Assembly (NCBI RefSeq): GCF_001598795.1
Contig: NZ_BCZP01000012.1
Coordinates: forward strand, 60,001-92,000
DNA: 32,000 nucleotides
Source: Delftia acidovorans NBRC 14950
GTDB lineage: Bacteria; Pseudomonadota; Gammaproteobacteria; Burkholderiales; Burkholderiaceae_C
Direction: 5' to 3'
A program made the translations under genes and the position numbers. Below are positions 7,712 through 16,996 of the stretch, piece after piece. The notes under the pieces were generated by a model. The model did no database searches and was not told the origin of the DNA. It worked only from the letters and a program-made list of their open reading frames with translations. Positions within the stretch are counted from its first letter, which is position 1. Each line of letters starts with the position of its first letter.

Positions 7712-9913
7712 ATGCGCACTTCAGATTGCCGTTCCCGACCTTTCGTTTCCGGCCCCCAGTCATGCCTTTATTCGGTCTTCGCTGCGGCGCTGGTCACACC
7801 CGCATACGCGCAGGATGTGCCCCCTGAGGATCGCCAGGTCCAGCTGGCGCCGGTCACCGTTTCGGGACCGCGCACCACCGGCTCGCGCACCGAGGCATCC
7901 GACTCGGTCAAGTACGCCAAGCCGCTGCTGGACGTGCCCCAGACCATTACGGTGGTACCGGGGCAGGTGCTTCAGGAGCAGAACGCCCTGAGCCTGCAGC
8001 AGGCGCTGTCCAATGTGTCGGGCATCACCTTCAATGCGGGCGAGGGCGGTGCGGGCTCGGGCGACAGCATCAACATCCGCGGCTTCAGCGCCAACGCCAA
8101 CCTGCAGATCGACGGGCTGCGCGACAGTGGGCAGAACAACCGCAGCGACCTCTTCAACACGGAGTCTGTCGAAGTCATCAAGGGCCCGAACTCGGTCTTT
8201 GGCGGGGCAGGCACCTCGGGCGGCAGCATCAACATGATCAGCAAGCAGCCCAAGGCCCATGACTTCACCGAGGCCGACGCAGGCCTGGGCACGGCCAGCT
8301 ACCGGCGCCTCACGCTCGACACCAACCGGGTGCTGGCTGGCGGCAAGGCCGCCATGCGCCTGAACCTCATGGGCCATGACAGCGACGTGGCCGGGCGCGA
8401 CACCATCTTCAAGCGGCGCTGGGGCGTGGCGCCCTCGCTGGCCCTGGGCCTGAATTCGCCCACGCGCGTGACTCTCAGCTTCTTGCATCAGAACGATGAC
8501 AATCTTCCCGACTTCGGCGTGCCGGCCTTTCGCGGCAAGATGCTCGATGGCGTCTCGCGCAATGCCTATTTCGGCTGGCGCAACCTTGACCGGGAAAAGA
8601 TCAGCCAGGATGCCCTGACCGCGAAGATCGAGCATGACTTCGCCTCGGGCGCCAAGCTGCAGAACCTCTCGCGCTACTCGCGGCTGAGCCGCGATACCGT
8701 GATCTCTGCCTCGCATGTCGATCTCCGGGGCATGCAGCCTGGCTACTATCGGCCCGCAGGGCCGCAGGCCTATGGCCGCGATGCGGCCACCACCCTGTGG
8801 ATCAACCAGACCAACCTGACCCAGCGCTTCGACACAGGCGTGCTGGGGCATACGCTGATCACGGGCTTCGAGATCGCACGCGAGACCTATGACCGCACCA
8901 CCTCTTCCTACAACATCAACCGGCAGTTCCCGGCCGGCGGCTATCCGCTGGCCCGTCCGCCCGGATACTGGACGGGCACGACGGACTTGCAAAACAGCGG
9001 AAGGAACGAAACCAGCCTGGACACCCGCGCGCTGTATGCCACCGACTCCATTGCGCTGGGTCCGCGCTGGGATCTGAACCTGGGCCTGCGCTATGACTGG
9101 ATCGACGGGCGCTCCAACGCCACAACGGCCGCTGGCGTGCGCACCGCGGTGGACAGCTCCGACGGCCGGCTCAGCGGCCGCACGGCCCTGAGCTTCAAGC
9201 CCGCCGACAACGGCCGCATCTACCTGGCCTATGGCACGGCCTTCAACCCTTCCGCCGAATTCCTGGTCTCCAATGGTTCCGGCCTGGATGCGGCCACGGC
9301 CTCGCTGGCACCCGAGAAGAACACCAGCCTGGAACTGGGAACCAAGTGGGATGTGCTGGACCGCCAGCTGGCGCTGACCGGCGCCCTGTTCCAGGTGGAC
9401 AAGACCAATGCCCGCGAGCAGATGGCCGATGGCAGCTATCTGCTGGCCGGAGAGCAGCGCGTGCGCGGGCTGGAGCTCGGTGCCGCAGGCAAGGTGACGC
9501 CGCAATGGGACGTCTTCGCCAACTACACCTTCATGGCCAGCAAGACCCTCAAGTCATTGAACGAGCCTGCGCGTGTGGGCCAGGCGCTGGGCAATACGCC
9601 GCGCCATTCGCTGAACCTGTGGACCACCTATGCATTGCCCCAAGGCTGGACGGTGGGCTATGGGGTGCGCTTCGTGGGCACGCGCAATGTCACCTCGGCA
9701 GGCGATGGGAAACTCTCTGCCTATTGGGTGCACAGCGCCATGGTCGGCTATGAACTCAACCGGCAATGGAAGCTCAGGCTCAATCTCGAAAACATCGGCA
9801 ACAAGGCCTATGTGGCCGGCGTGCGCCAGCGCCTGGGCGAGCAGTCGCGTTCCTCGGCCGTTGAATACGGCGAAGGCCGCACGGCCCGGTTGACGGCGCT
9901 CTATCAGTTCTGA
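7712..9913 (+). CDS. TonB-dependent siderophore-type outer-membrane receptor (possibly catecholate/Fiu-like)
   Basis: Signal peptide ending AYA|QD, TonB-box-like LAPVTVSG, and plug motifs VPQTITVV, LSNVSGITFNAGEGG, INIRGF, VEVIKGPNS. It has a long beta-barrel and a C-terminal LTALYQF with terminal Phe. Confidence 0.9.
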   Translation: MRTSDCRSRPFVSGPQSCLYSVFAAALVTPAYAQDVPPEDRQVQLAPVTVSGPRTTGSRTEASDSVKYAKPLLDVPQTITVVPGQVLQEQNALSLQQALSNVSGITFNAGEGGAGSGDSINIRGFSANANLQIDGLRDSGQNNRSDLFNTESVEVIKGPNSVFGGAGTSGGSINMISKQPKAHDFTEADAGLGTASYRRLTLDTNRVLAGGKAAMRLNLMGHDSDVAGRDTIFKRRWGVAPSLALGLNSPTRVTLSFLHQNDDNLPDFGVPAFRGKMLDGVSRNAYFGWRNLDREKISQDALTAKIEHDFASGAKLQNLSRYSRLSRDTVISASHVDLRGMQPGYYRPAGPQAYGRDAATTLWINQTNLTQRFDTGVLGHTLITGFEIARETYDRTTSSYNINRQFPAGGYPLARPPGYWTGTTDLQNSGRNETSLDTRALYATDSIALGPRWDLNLGLRYDWIDGRSNATTAAGVRTAVDSSDGRLSGRTALSFKPADNGRIYLAYGTAFNPSAEFLVSNGSGLDAATASLAPEKNTSLELGTKWDVLDRQLALTGALFQVDKTNAREQMADGSYLLAGEQRVRGLELGAAGKVTPQWDVFANYTFMASKTLKSLNEPARVGQALGNTPRHSLNLWTTYALPQGWTVGYGVRFVGTRNVTSAGDGKLSAYWVHSAMVGYELNRQWKLRLNLENIGNKAYVAGVRQRLGEQSRSSAVEYGEGRTARLTALYQF

Positions 9914-9972
9914 AGTGCCGGATTGCCTGGGGCCCGATGCTCAGCGCGTCGGCCGCAGGTAACAATGCGTGC

Positions 9973-10003
9973 AAGCTGCCCCCAGAGGGCAGCTTTTGTT
10001 TTT
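9973..10003 (+). terminator. Intrinsic terminator of the receptor gene
   Basis: AAGCTGCCC, loop ccaga, GGGCAGCTT (perfect 9-bp stem), followed by TTTGTTTTTG. Confidence 0.8.
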
Positions 10004-10019
10004 GATAGGGGCGTCGGAC

Positions 10020-10046
10020 AAAAAAAGAGCCCGCACAAGGCGGGCT
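10020..10046 (-). terminator. Intrinsic terminator of the PPIase gene (minus strand)
   Basis: AGCCCGC, loop acaag, GCGGGCT. On the minus strand the stem is followed by CTTTTTTT (plus-strand A-run 10020-10026). A second small hairpin, CGGCGG-caaaaa-CCGCCG, lies at 10061-10078. Confidence 0.75.
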
Positions 10047-10091
10047 GGTGATGGTCAGGCCGGCGGCAAAAACCGCCGACTCGTACGCATC

Positions 10092-10877
10092 TTACTGGAT
10101 CTTGGCCTTTTCGCGCAGCGATTCCTGGAATTGCGCCAGCTTTTGCTGTTGCAGCTGCTGCACGATCTGGGGCTTGACTTCCTCGAACTTGGGCAGCTCG
10201 GCCTGACGTGCGTCGTCCAGGCGGATGATGTGGTAGCCGAACTGGGTCTTGACCGGCTCCTGGGTCATGCCACCCTTTTCGAGCTTGATCAGGGCTTCGG
10301 AGAACTCGGGCACGTAGTTGCCGGGGTTGGCCCAGTCGAGGTCACCGCCACGGGCGCCGGATCCGGGGTCCTTGGACTCCTTCTTGGCGATGTCTTCAAA
10401 CTTCTTGCCGGCCTTGATCTCGGCAATGATGGCCTTGGCGCGGTCTTCCGATTCGACCAGGATGTGGCTGGCCTTGTATTCCTTGCCGCTGTTGGCAGCG
10501 ACGGCCTTGTCGTACTCGGCCTTGGCTTCGGCGTCGGTCACGGGGTTCTTCTTCTGGAAGTCCTCGAACAACGCGCGGATCAGGATGGTCTGGCGGGCCA
10601 GTTCCAACTGCTGCTTGTAGGCTTCGCTGTTGGCCAGGCTGCGCTTGTTGGCTTCCTGCATGAAGATCTCGCGGGCGATGACTTCTTCCTTGATCTGCCC
10701 TTCCAGCTCGGGCGTCACGGGGCGGCCGCTTTGCTCGATCTGTTGCTTGAGCGCTTCGGCGCGTGCCTTGGGCACAGCCTTGCCGTTGACGACGGCGATG
10801 TTCTGGGCCGAGGCGGACAGGGCCGCGGTGCTCAGCACGGCGGCAGTCACCAGGCTGGTCAGAAGCTGTTTTTTCAT
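10092..10877 (-). CDS. Periplasmic parvulin-type peptidyl-prolyl cis-trans isomerase (PpiC/SurA-like)
   Basis: Signal peptide MKKQLLTSLVTAAVLSTAALSASA. Rotamase domain: YKASHILVESEDRAKAIIAEIKAGKKFEDIAKKESKDPGSGARGGDLDW..FGYHIIRLDD. Confidence 0.9.
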   Translation of the reverse strand: MKKQLLTSLVTAAVLSTAALSASAQNIAVVNGKAVPKARAEALKQQIEQSGRPVTPELEGQIKEEVIAREIFMQEANKRSLANSEAYKQQLELARQTILIRALFEDFQKKNPVTDAEAKAEYDKAVAANSGKEYKASHILVESEDRAKAIIAEIKAGKKFEDIAKKESKDPGSGARGGDLDWANPGNYVPEFSEALIKLEKGGMTQEPVKTQFGYHIIRLDDARQAELPKFEEVKPQIVQQLQQQKLAQFQESLREKAKIQ

Positions 10878-10929
10878 GCGAATTCCAGATATGAAGGAAA
10901 AATTGATTCTATAGCGCGGATACGCAACA

Positions 10930-10949
10930 GGCTCCGAATCGTCGGAGCC
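10930..10949 (-). other. Perfect 8-bp hairpin between bolA-like gene and PPIase gene (possible attenuator or processing site)
   Basis: GGCTCCGA, loop atcg, TCGGAGCC, starting 9 nt after the bolA-like stop. The downstream minus-strand tract UGUUGCGUAU is only weakly U-rich. A TATAGAAT (-10-like) follows at 10913-10906. Confidence 0.35.
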
Positions 10950-10958
10950 TGTAAAAGT

Positions 10959-11240
10959 TCAAAGAACCTCGATGGCGATGGCGTGTGCGCCCTGGTCAAT
11001 GAATTCTTGCAGCGCATCATACACAAGGCGATGGCGTGCCACGCGTGGCTTGCCTTGAAACAAAGGTGACGCAATGCGCACGCGGAAATGCGTGCCGAAG
11101 CCGGTGCCGTTGGCGCCCACATGGCCGGCGTGCTGGTGGCTCTCGTCGATCACTTCCAGGTGATCGGGGGCGAGGCGCTCGCGCAGCACGGCCTGCATGG
11201 CTTCGGCGGTGATGGGCAGCGGATGGGCGGGCACGCTCAT
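10959..11240 (-). CDS. BolA-family protein (93 aa)
   Basis: MSVPAHPL..HLEVIDESHQHAGH..THFRVRIASPLFQGKPRVARHRLVYDAL matches the BolA-family pattern. ATG 11240-11238 overlaps the yciB stop (ATGA). The track ORF 10959-12068 is a read-through artefact upstream of this ATG. Confidence 0.85.
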   Translation of the reverse strand: MSVPAHPLPITAEAMQAVLRERLAPDHLEVIDESHQHAGHVGANGTGFGTHFRVRIASPLFQGKPRVARHRLVYDALQEFIDQGAHAIAIEVL

Positions 11241-11836
11241 GGCTGCTTGTCCTGCTGCACGCCAGACGGGGGCAGGGCGTCGGGCGTGGCGGCTGCTGCC
11301 TCGCCCTTGTCTTCCTGCATGAAGCGGCTCATGTAGATGGCCTGGCCGATCACGAAGACCAGCATCAGCCCCATTCCGCCGAACAGCTTGAAGTTGACCC
11401 AGGTGTCGGTGTCGAAGCGGTAGGCGATGACCAGGTTGAGCGCGCCCATGACCGCGAAGAACGCCGCCCAGCTCCAGTTCAGGGTGCGCCATGCGTTGTC
11501 GGGCAGTTGCAGCTGTGCGCCCATGACCGAGCGCAGCAGGTTCTTGCGGAACACCAGCTGGCCTATCAACAGGGCACTGCCCATAAGCCAGTACAGCACG
11601 GTGGGCTTCCACTTGATGAAGGTGTCGTTGTGGGCCAGCAAGGTGGCGCCGCCGAACAGCACGATCACGCCCAGGCTCACCCATTGCATGGGCTCGACCT
11701 TGCCGTGGCGCACGCGCAGGTAGGCGATCTGGGCAATGGTGGCGACGATGGCCACGGCCGTTGCCGTGTAGATGCCCCAGACCTTGAAGGCGACGAAGAA
11801 CAGGATGATGGGGAAAAAGTCGATCAGTAACTTCAT
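11237..11836 (-). CDS. yciB: Intracellular septation protein A (YciB/IspZ family inner-membrane protein)
   Basis: MKLLIDFFPIILFFVAFKVWGIYTATAV.. is the hallmark YciB N-terminus. The protein has five hydrophobic segments and is 199 aa long. Confidence 0.9.
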   Translation of the reverse strand: MKLLIDFFPIILFFVAFKVWGIYTATAVAIVATIAQIAYLRVRHGKVEPMQWVSLGVIVLFGGATLLAHNDTFIKWKPTVLYWLMGSALLIGQLVFRKNLLRSVMGAQLQLPDNAWRTLNWSWAAFFAVMGALNLVIAYRFDTDTWVNFKLFGGMGLMLVFVIGQAIYMSRFMQEDKGEAAAATPDALPPSGVQQDKQP

Positions 11837-11962
11837 TGGAAGGTTTCGATGGGCTTGGAGTCAGGCATGGGGCCTGAGCTTGGCAGGCGCATTGTGGCGC
11901 AGCCGGCGCGGCCCGGCATCGGTGCAGGGCCGCGTGGCCTGGGGTTTTTGCGGGCCTGGAGC

Positions 11963-12376
11963 CTAGGCCTTGGGCGGCTCGAATTCCAGCGATGCGGAAT
12001 TCATGCAGTAGCGCAGTCCTGTGTCGGAGGGGCCGTCGGGGAATACATGCCCCAGGTGGGCGCCGCACTGGCTGCAGACGGTTTCGGTGCGCACCATGCC
12101 GTGGCTGCGGTCCACGATTTCGGTGATGGCGCCGGGGATGGCGCGGTCGAAGCTGGGCCAGCCGCAGCCGGCATCGAACTTGGTGTCGGAGTCGAACAGC
12201 TTGCTGCCGCAGCAGATGCAGTGGTAGCTGCCATCGGCCCAGAACTGTTCATAGCGGCCGGTGAACGGGCGCTCGGTGGCTGCATGGCGTGTCACCTGAA
12301 AGGCGGCAGGTTCGGCGCCCTTGGCCTGCAGCTCGGCCTGCCATTCCTGTTCGGTCTTGTGGATGGGAAAGCTCAT
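11963..12376 (-). CDS. msrB: Peptide-methionine (R)-S-oxide reductase MsrB
   Basis: Two CxxC zinc motifs ([22 protein letters not shown]), plus GWPSF and the catalytic RYCMNS. I chose the ATG at 12376, which overlaps the selO stop (ATGA). Confidence 0.95.
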   Translation of the reverse strand: MSFPIHKTEQEWQAELQAKGAEPAAFQVTRHAATERPFTGRYEQFWADGSYHCICCGSKLFDSDTKFDAGCGWPSFDRAIPGAITEIVDRSHGMVRTETVCSQCGAHLGHVFPDGPSDTGLRYCMNSASLEFEPPKA

Positions 12377-13917
12377 GATGAACAGCTGATCTCGATGGAG
12401 GAAGCCCAGTCGGGCGGGAAGCCTGCCCATTCGGCATGCTCGGCGTGGGGGGCGAACGGAGTCTGCAGCACGGCCAGCAATTGACGCACGGGAGCGAAGT
12501 CACCGGCCTTTGCGGCGCGGATGGCCATCTCGCCCAGGTGGTTGCGCAGCACGAAGCGCGGATTCGATTCTTGCATCAAAGCGGCGGCTGCCGCTGCATC
12601 CGTGCCTGCCAGGTGCCGTGCGTACAGGGCTGCCCAGCGGTCGAAGGCCTCGCGGTCCAGCGCCAGGTCGCGCACGGGCTCGAGGTCGAGGTCCGTACCG
12701 GCACTGGCACTGGCATCGGCAGCCACCGCATCGGTCAGGCGGCTGAAGAAGATGGTGTAGTCCACCGCGTTGTCGGCCATGAGCTGCAGCAGCGGGTTCA
12801 CCAGGGCGGCAAAGCGCCCCTCGGCGGGCGGCGTGCCTGGCGCATCTTCGGGCAGGCCCAGCTTGCGCAGCATGAGGGCGCCATAGGCCTGCGGAAAAAC
12901 CTGCTTGTACGACTCCAGCGCTGCAATGGTCAGTTCCTCTTCGCCGATCAGCGGCAGCAGGGCCTGGCCCAGGCAGTACAGGTTCCAGTAGGCCACCTGG
13001 GGCTGGCGGTTGAAGGCGTAGCGGCCCTGGGTGTCACTGTGGTTGCAGATGTGGCCGGGGTTGAAGGCATCGAGAAACTGGAAGGGCCCGTAGTCGATGG
13101 TCAGGCCCAGGATGCTCATGTTGTCGGTGTTCATCACGCCATGGCAAAAGCCCACGGCCTGCCAGTGCGCCAGCAGCCGCGCCGTGCGCTCGCTCACGGC
13201 CTGCAGGAAGTTGGCGTAGGCGTTGCCGGCCAGTGCCTCGGCCGTGCGGCATTCGGGGTAATGGTGGTCGATCACGTAGTCGGCCAGCTGGCGCAAAGGC
13301 GCTATCTGGTCGCGCGCCGCAAAGTGCTCGAAGTGGCCGAAGCGTATGAAGCTGGGCGCCACGCGCGCCACCACGGCAGCGGTCTCGATCTCTTCGCGGC
13401 GAATGGGGGCGGGCGATCCGGTGAGGCTCAGCGCGCGCGTGGTGGGAATGCCCAGGGCGTGCATGGCCTCGCTGCACAGGAACTCGCGGATGGACGAACG
13501 CAGCACGGCGCGCCCGTCGCCCATGCGCGAATAGGGAGTGCGGCCCGCGCCCTTGAGCTGAATCTCGTGGCCCGAGGCGGTCTCACCCAGCAAGATGGCA
13601 CGGCCGTCGCCAAGCTGGCCGGCCCAGACGCCGAACTGGTGGCCGCTGTAGACGCTGGCCAGCGGATGGCTGCCGGGCAGCACGGCATTGCCGGTGAGCG
13701 CCTGCAGGGCCTCATCGGAGGCCAGCCACTGCGGGTCCAGGCCCAGCAGCTCGGCGGTGCCGGTGCTGGTGGCAATCCAGTGCGGCTCGGGCAGCGGCGT
13801 GGGGCGCAGATGGGTGAAGAAGTCCGGGCCCAGGGCGGCGAAGCCGTCTTGCCAGGAGATGGGTGGGCGTGGGGAGGTCGCCGGAGCCTGGCCTTCGGCG
13901 GCAGCATGCAGGTTCAT
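12373..13917 (-). CDS. selO: Protein adenylyltransferase SelO (YdiU, UPF0061)
   Basis: Motifs: [90 protein letters not shown]. The C-terminus ..SCSS carries the Cys that corresponds to Sec in eukaryotic SelO. Confidence 0.95.
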   Translation of the reverse strand: MNLHAAAEGQAPATSPRPPISWQDGFAALGPDFFTHLRPTPLPEPHWIATSTGTAELLGLDPQWLASDEALQALTGNAVLPGSHPLASVYSGHQFGVWAGQLGDGRAILLGETASGHEIQLKGAGRTPYSRMGDGRAVLRSSIREFLCSEAMHALGIPTTRALSLTGSPAPIRREEIETAAVVARVAPSFIRFGHFEHFAARDQIAPLRQLADYVIDHHYPECRTAEALAGNAYANFLQAVSERTARLLAHWQAVGFCHGVMNTDNMSILGLTIDYGPFQFLDAFNPGHICNHSDTQGRYAFNRQPQVAYWNLYCLGQALLPLIGEEELTIAALESYKQVFPQAYGALMLRKLGLPEDAPGTPPAEGRFAALVNPLLQLMADNAVDYTIFFSRLTDAVAADASASAGTDLDLEPVRDLALDREAFDRWAALYARHLAGTDAAAAAALMQESNPRFVLRNHLGEMAIRAAKAGDFAPVRQLLAVLQTPFAPHAEHAEWAGFPPDWASSIEISCSS

Positions 13918-13986
13918 GCGGGAATTGTCCCCCAGCGCCTATGCCCCGTGGGGCGCAAGGTTCATGCGCACATTCACCGCATGCAT

Positions 13987-15003
13987 TCACGCACGCAGTT
14001 GCTGCCGGTACTGGCCCGGCGGCATGCCGAACCAGCGGCGGCAGGCGCGAAAGAGGTTGCTCTGGTCCACAAAGCCCAGCAGGTCGGCCACCTCGGCCAG
14101 GCTGCGGCGCGGTTCGCCCAGGTACTGCAAGGCCAGCTCGCGCCGGGTTTCGTCCAGCAGTTGCTGGTAGCTGGTGTCTTCGGCCTGCAGGCGGCGCTGC
14201 AAGGTGCGGTCGGTCAGGCCCAGCAGGCTGGCCACGTCTTCGCGGCGCGGCTCGCCCTGGGGCAGCAGGCGCGCGATCTCGTGGCGCACGCGCGCGCCCA
14301 CGCCGGCCTGGCCCAGGTGGTCGAGCTCGGTTTCGACCAGCTTTTCGTGCAGTGCCAGCAGTTCGGGGTTGTGTGTGGGAATGGGGGCGAGCAGGTCGGC
14401 CTCGGACAGCAGGAAGCGGTTCGCGTCCTCGCCGAAGCGCGGCAGCAGGCCGAAGGCCGCGCGGTAGGCGGCCTCGTGCGAGGGGGCGGGCGCCTCGGCC
14501 ATGAATTCCACGGCCAGAGGCCGGACATCGCGCCGCGTCAGCCAGTTGCACAGCACCAGCAGCGTGAGCACGGCGAACTCCACGCGCTGGCGCGGCACGG
14601 GCCGTGTGGCGCCGATGTGATGTATGGACAACCAGTAGCCGCGCGCATCGCGCTCCAGCGTGAAGGACGTTGCGTCCGAGATCACGGCCATGTGGCGTTC
14701 CAGGTCGCGGAAGCCGGCCAGCAGGTGCGGGCCCGAAGCCAGCGAGTAGCCGACCAGATCGATGTTGCCGTGGCGCGCGGCCAGTTGCCGGTCCAGCCCC
14801 AGCGTGGGATTGGCGGACTGGGCCACGGCCAGCTCCCAGAGCCGGCTCACGCGGTCCACATCGGTACGGGCCTGCGAATGCTGCAGTGCGGCAAGGTCGA
14901 TATCGGCTGCGGCGCACAGGCTTTGCGGGGCCAGCCCTTCGGTGGCCATCATGTCCAGGATGCCGCGCACCCAGGCGGCGGAGCTGCTGCGCTGCGTTGT
15001 CAT
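13987..15003 (-). CDS. AraC-family transcriptional regulator (N-terminal effector domain + C-terminal HTH)
   Basis: C-terminal AraC HTH: SLAEVADLLGFVDQSNLFRACRRWFGMPPGQYR. The N-terminus SAAWVRGILDMMATEGL is typical of the OruR-like AraC subgroup. I prefer the start ATG at 15003 (AGGAAA SD) over ATG 15024. Confidence 0.88.
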   Translation of the reverse strand: MTTQRSSSAAWVRGILDMMATEGLAPQSLCAAADIDLAALQHSQARTDVDRVSRLWELAVAQSANPTLGLDRQLAARHGNIDLVGYSLASGPHLLAGFRDLERHMAVISDATSFTLERDARGYWLSIHHIGATRPVPRQRVEFAVLTLLVLCNWLTRRDVRPLAVEFMAEAPAPSHEAAYRAAFGLLPRFGEDANRFLLSEADLLAPIPTHNPELLALHEKLVETELDHLGQAGVGARVRHEIARLLPQGEPRREDVASLLGLTDRTLQRRLQAEDTSYQQLLDETRRELALQYLGEPRRSLAEVADLLGFVDQSNLFRACRRWFGMPPGQYRQQLRA

Positions 15004-15193
15004 GACCGGGTTTTCCTGGGCCATTCGGGGCGCTGTTTGCGTTCTGAAGTCACTGTTTTGGCGTGGTTGCGATAGCGGCGTTTTGCCGCGCTGTTCCTAG
15101 AATTTTTGCAGCGCGGCGAACGACTGCGCAGTGTGACCCATGGGCCCGGCGCGGCCCATACGGGAAACCCCAAAAACCATTCAGGAGACAAGC

Positions 15194-16906
15194 ATGCGCA
15201 CAGGACAGCGGTGGATGGCTGGCGGCATACGCCTGGCCGTGGCTTCAATGGCTTTGTGGCTGGCGGCCTGCGGCGGCTCGGGCGGCGGAGGTCCCGAACT
15301 GCGCGAGACGGCCTACGGCCCCTTGCGCGGCGTGGACGATGGCGCGGCCACGGGCACCTATTACTGGAAGGGCGTGCCCTTTGCCCAGGCGCCCGTGGGC
15401 GCGCTGCGCTGGCAGCCGCCGGCCGAGCCCAAGGCCTGGGAGGGCGTGCGCGAGGCGCGCCAGTTCGGCAATGCCTGCCTGCAGATCGGGCGCATGTACG
15501 GCCCGGGAGCCAACAACCGCTTCGACGACACCATTGCCTCCACCCTGGGCCAGCCCGTGGGCAGCGAGGACTGCCTGACGCTCAACATCTGGCGCCCGGC
15601 CAGCGGTGCCGAGAAGCTGCCGGTGCTGGTGTTCATCCACGGCGGCAGCGCCATCTCGGGCTATACGGCCGATCCGCTGTATGACGGCGCGGCCCTGGCA
15701 CGCGCCGCCAATGCCGTGGTGGTGACGGCCAACTACCGGCTGGACATCCTGGGCTACATGCACATGCCGCAGATGCAGGCCGGCGCGCCGGCCACGGGCA
15801 ACTTCGCGCTGCTGGACAACCTGCAGGCGCTGCGCTTTGTGCAGCGCAATATCGCGGGCTTTGGCGGCGATCCGGGCAATGTCACGCTCATGGGCCAGTC
15901 GGCGGGTGCCACCAATGTGCTGGCGCTGCTGGCGGCCGAGTCGGCGCGCGGCCTGTTCCACAGGCTGGTGCCCATCAGCGGCGGGCTGTCGCTTCCATCC
16001 AACCTGCCGGCCGGCGTGCTGGCCACGCTCAAGCCGGCTTCGGCCTACGCCACCCAGTCCGCGCTGTTGCTGGCCCATCTGATGGTGGCCGATGGGCTGG
16101 CTGCCGATGTGGCGGCTGCGGCCACGGTGGCTGCCGGCTGGACACCGGCGCAGATTGCGGCCTACCTGCGCGGCAAGGATGCGCGCGTGCTGCTGCAGAC
16201 CCTGGTGGCCAAGGGCCTGACGGGCGCGGGACCGATTCCCGACGGCCTGCTGCTGCCCACCGATCCCATGGCTGCGCTGGCTGCGGGCCAATACAACCGC
16301 ATGCCCGTGATGGCCGGCTACACGGCCGAGGAGGGCAAGCTGTTCGCGCCCCTGCTGGCGGCGCTGGGCGGCAAGCCGGGCTTCAGGATCGATGATGCGG
16401 CGCGCTTTCGCATGATGCAGTCCTTCGATGCGCAGTCGCCCAACGCGCCGGGCCTGGCCGACATCATTGATGCCGCCTACCTGCCCGTCGATACGCCGGT
16501 CACCGGCTACAACGCCCGCATGGCGCAACTGACCCATCTGTTCGCCGATCCCAGCCGCGACCAGTTGCTCAATACGCTGCGCACGCGCCAGGCCGAGGTC
16601 TGGAGCTACCGCTTCGACTGGGCGCGCCAGCCCGCCCCCTGGAACACGGTCTACGGCGCGGCCCATGCGTTCGATCTGCCCTTTCTCTTCGGCAACTTCG
16701 GGCCGTCCGTGTTCTCCCGCGTGACCAACAGCACGGCGAATGCCCCGGGCCGGCTGGCGCTGTCGAACGCCATGATGGCCAGCCTCAAGGCCTTCATGCA
16801 GACGGGCAATCCGCAGAACGCGGCCCTGGGCCAGGCCTGGAAGCCCTGGCCGTCCAGCCTGATCTTCGACGCCGAGCCGGGAGCGACCAGCATCCGGCTG
16901 CAGTGA
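15194..16906 (+). CDS. Lipoprotein carboxylesterase/lipase, type-B carboxylesterase family
   Basis: ATG at 15194 with an AGGAGA SD sequence. Lipobox LWLAAC followed by GGSGGGG. Family motifs: GSEDCLTLNIWRP, VLVFIHGGS (oxyanion hole), GNVTLMGQSAGA (GxSxG nucleophile). Confidence 0.88.
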   Translation: MRTGQRWMAGGIRLAVASMALWLAACGGSGGGGPELRETAYGPLRGVDDGAATGTYYWKGVPFAQAPVGALRWQPPAEPKAWEGVREARQFGNACLQIGRMYGPGANNRFDDTIASTLGQPVGSEDCLTLNIWRPASGAEKLPVLVFIHGGSAISGYTADPLYDGAALARAANAVVVTANYRLDILGYMHMPQMQAGAPATGNFALLDNLQALRFVQRNIAGFGGDPGNVTLMGQSAGATNVLALLAAESARGLFHRLVPISGGLSLPSNLPAGVLATLKPASAYATQSALLLAHLMVADGLAADVAAAATVAAGWTPAQIAAYLRGKDARVLLQTLVAKGLTGAGPIPDGLLLPTDPMAALAAGQYNRMPVMAGYTAEEGKLFAPLLAALGGKPGFRIDDAARFRMMQSFDAQSPNAPGLADIIDAAYLPVDTPVTGYNARMAQLTHLFADPSRDQLLNTLRTRQAEVWSYRFDWARQPAPWNTVYGAAHAFDLPFLFGNFGPSVFSRVTNSTANAPGRLALSNAMMASLKAFMQTGNPQNAALGQAWKPWPSSLIFDAEPGATSIRLQ

Positions 16907-16937
16907 GAGAGCCGTTGAGCGAGCAGATGAGCGAGCA

Positions 16938-16959
16938 GGGGCTTGCTGCGGCAAGCCCC
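16938..16959 (+). other. Perfect 9-bp intercistronic hairpin between the two hydrolase genes
   Basis: GGGGCTTGC, loop tgcg, GCAAGCCCC, with no U-tract after it. It is preceded by the tandem repeat GAGCGAGCAG-at-GAGCGAGCAG (16917-16938). Confidence 0.5.
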
Positions 16960-16996
16960 AAGAGATAGCCAACAACAACGAAGGAGACAAGTACCC

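Noticed and set aside
7760-9505. 581-aa ORF on the minus strand
   Set aside because: It is antisense to the TonB-dependent receptor. This is a shadow ORF.
11921-11950. GGCC-gcgt-GGCC hairpin followed by TGGGGTTTTTG, resembling a plus-strand terminator, in the msrB-yciB spacer
   Set aside because: The stem is only 4 bp, and its orientation is opposite to the surrounding minus-strand genes. This is probably chance.
11241-12068. Upstream 276 codons of the 369-aa ORF 10959-12068
   Set aside because: This is an out-of-frame overlap with the clear yciB gene and part of msrB. The translation is Arg/Pro/Gly/His-rich. Only the last 93 codons (BolA family, ATG 11240) look real.
12436-15075. 879-aa ORF on the plus strand
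   Set aside because: It is antisense to the well-supported selO and AraC genes. The translation is Gly/Ala/Arg/Gln/Leu-rich with no recognisable motifs. This is a typical stop-free shadow frame of high-GC coding DNA.
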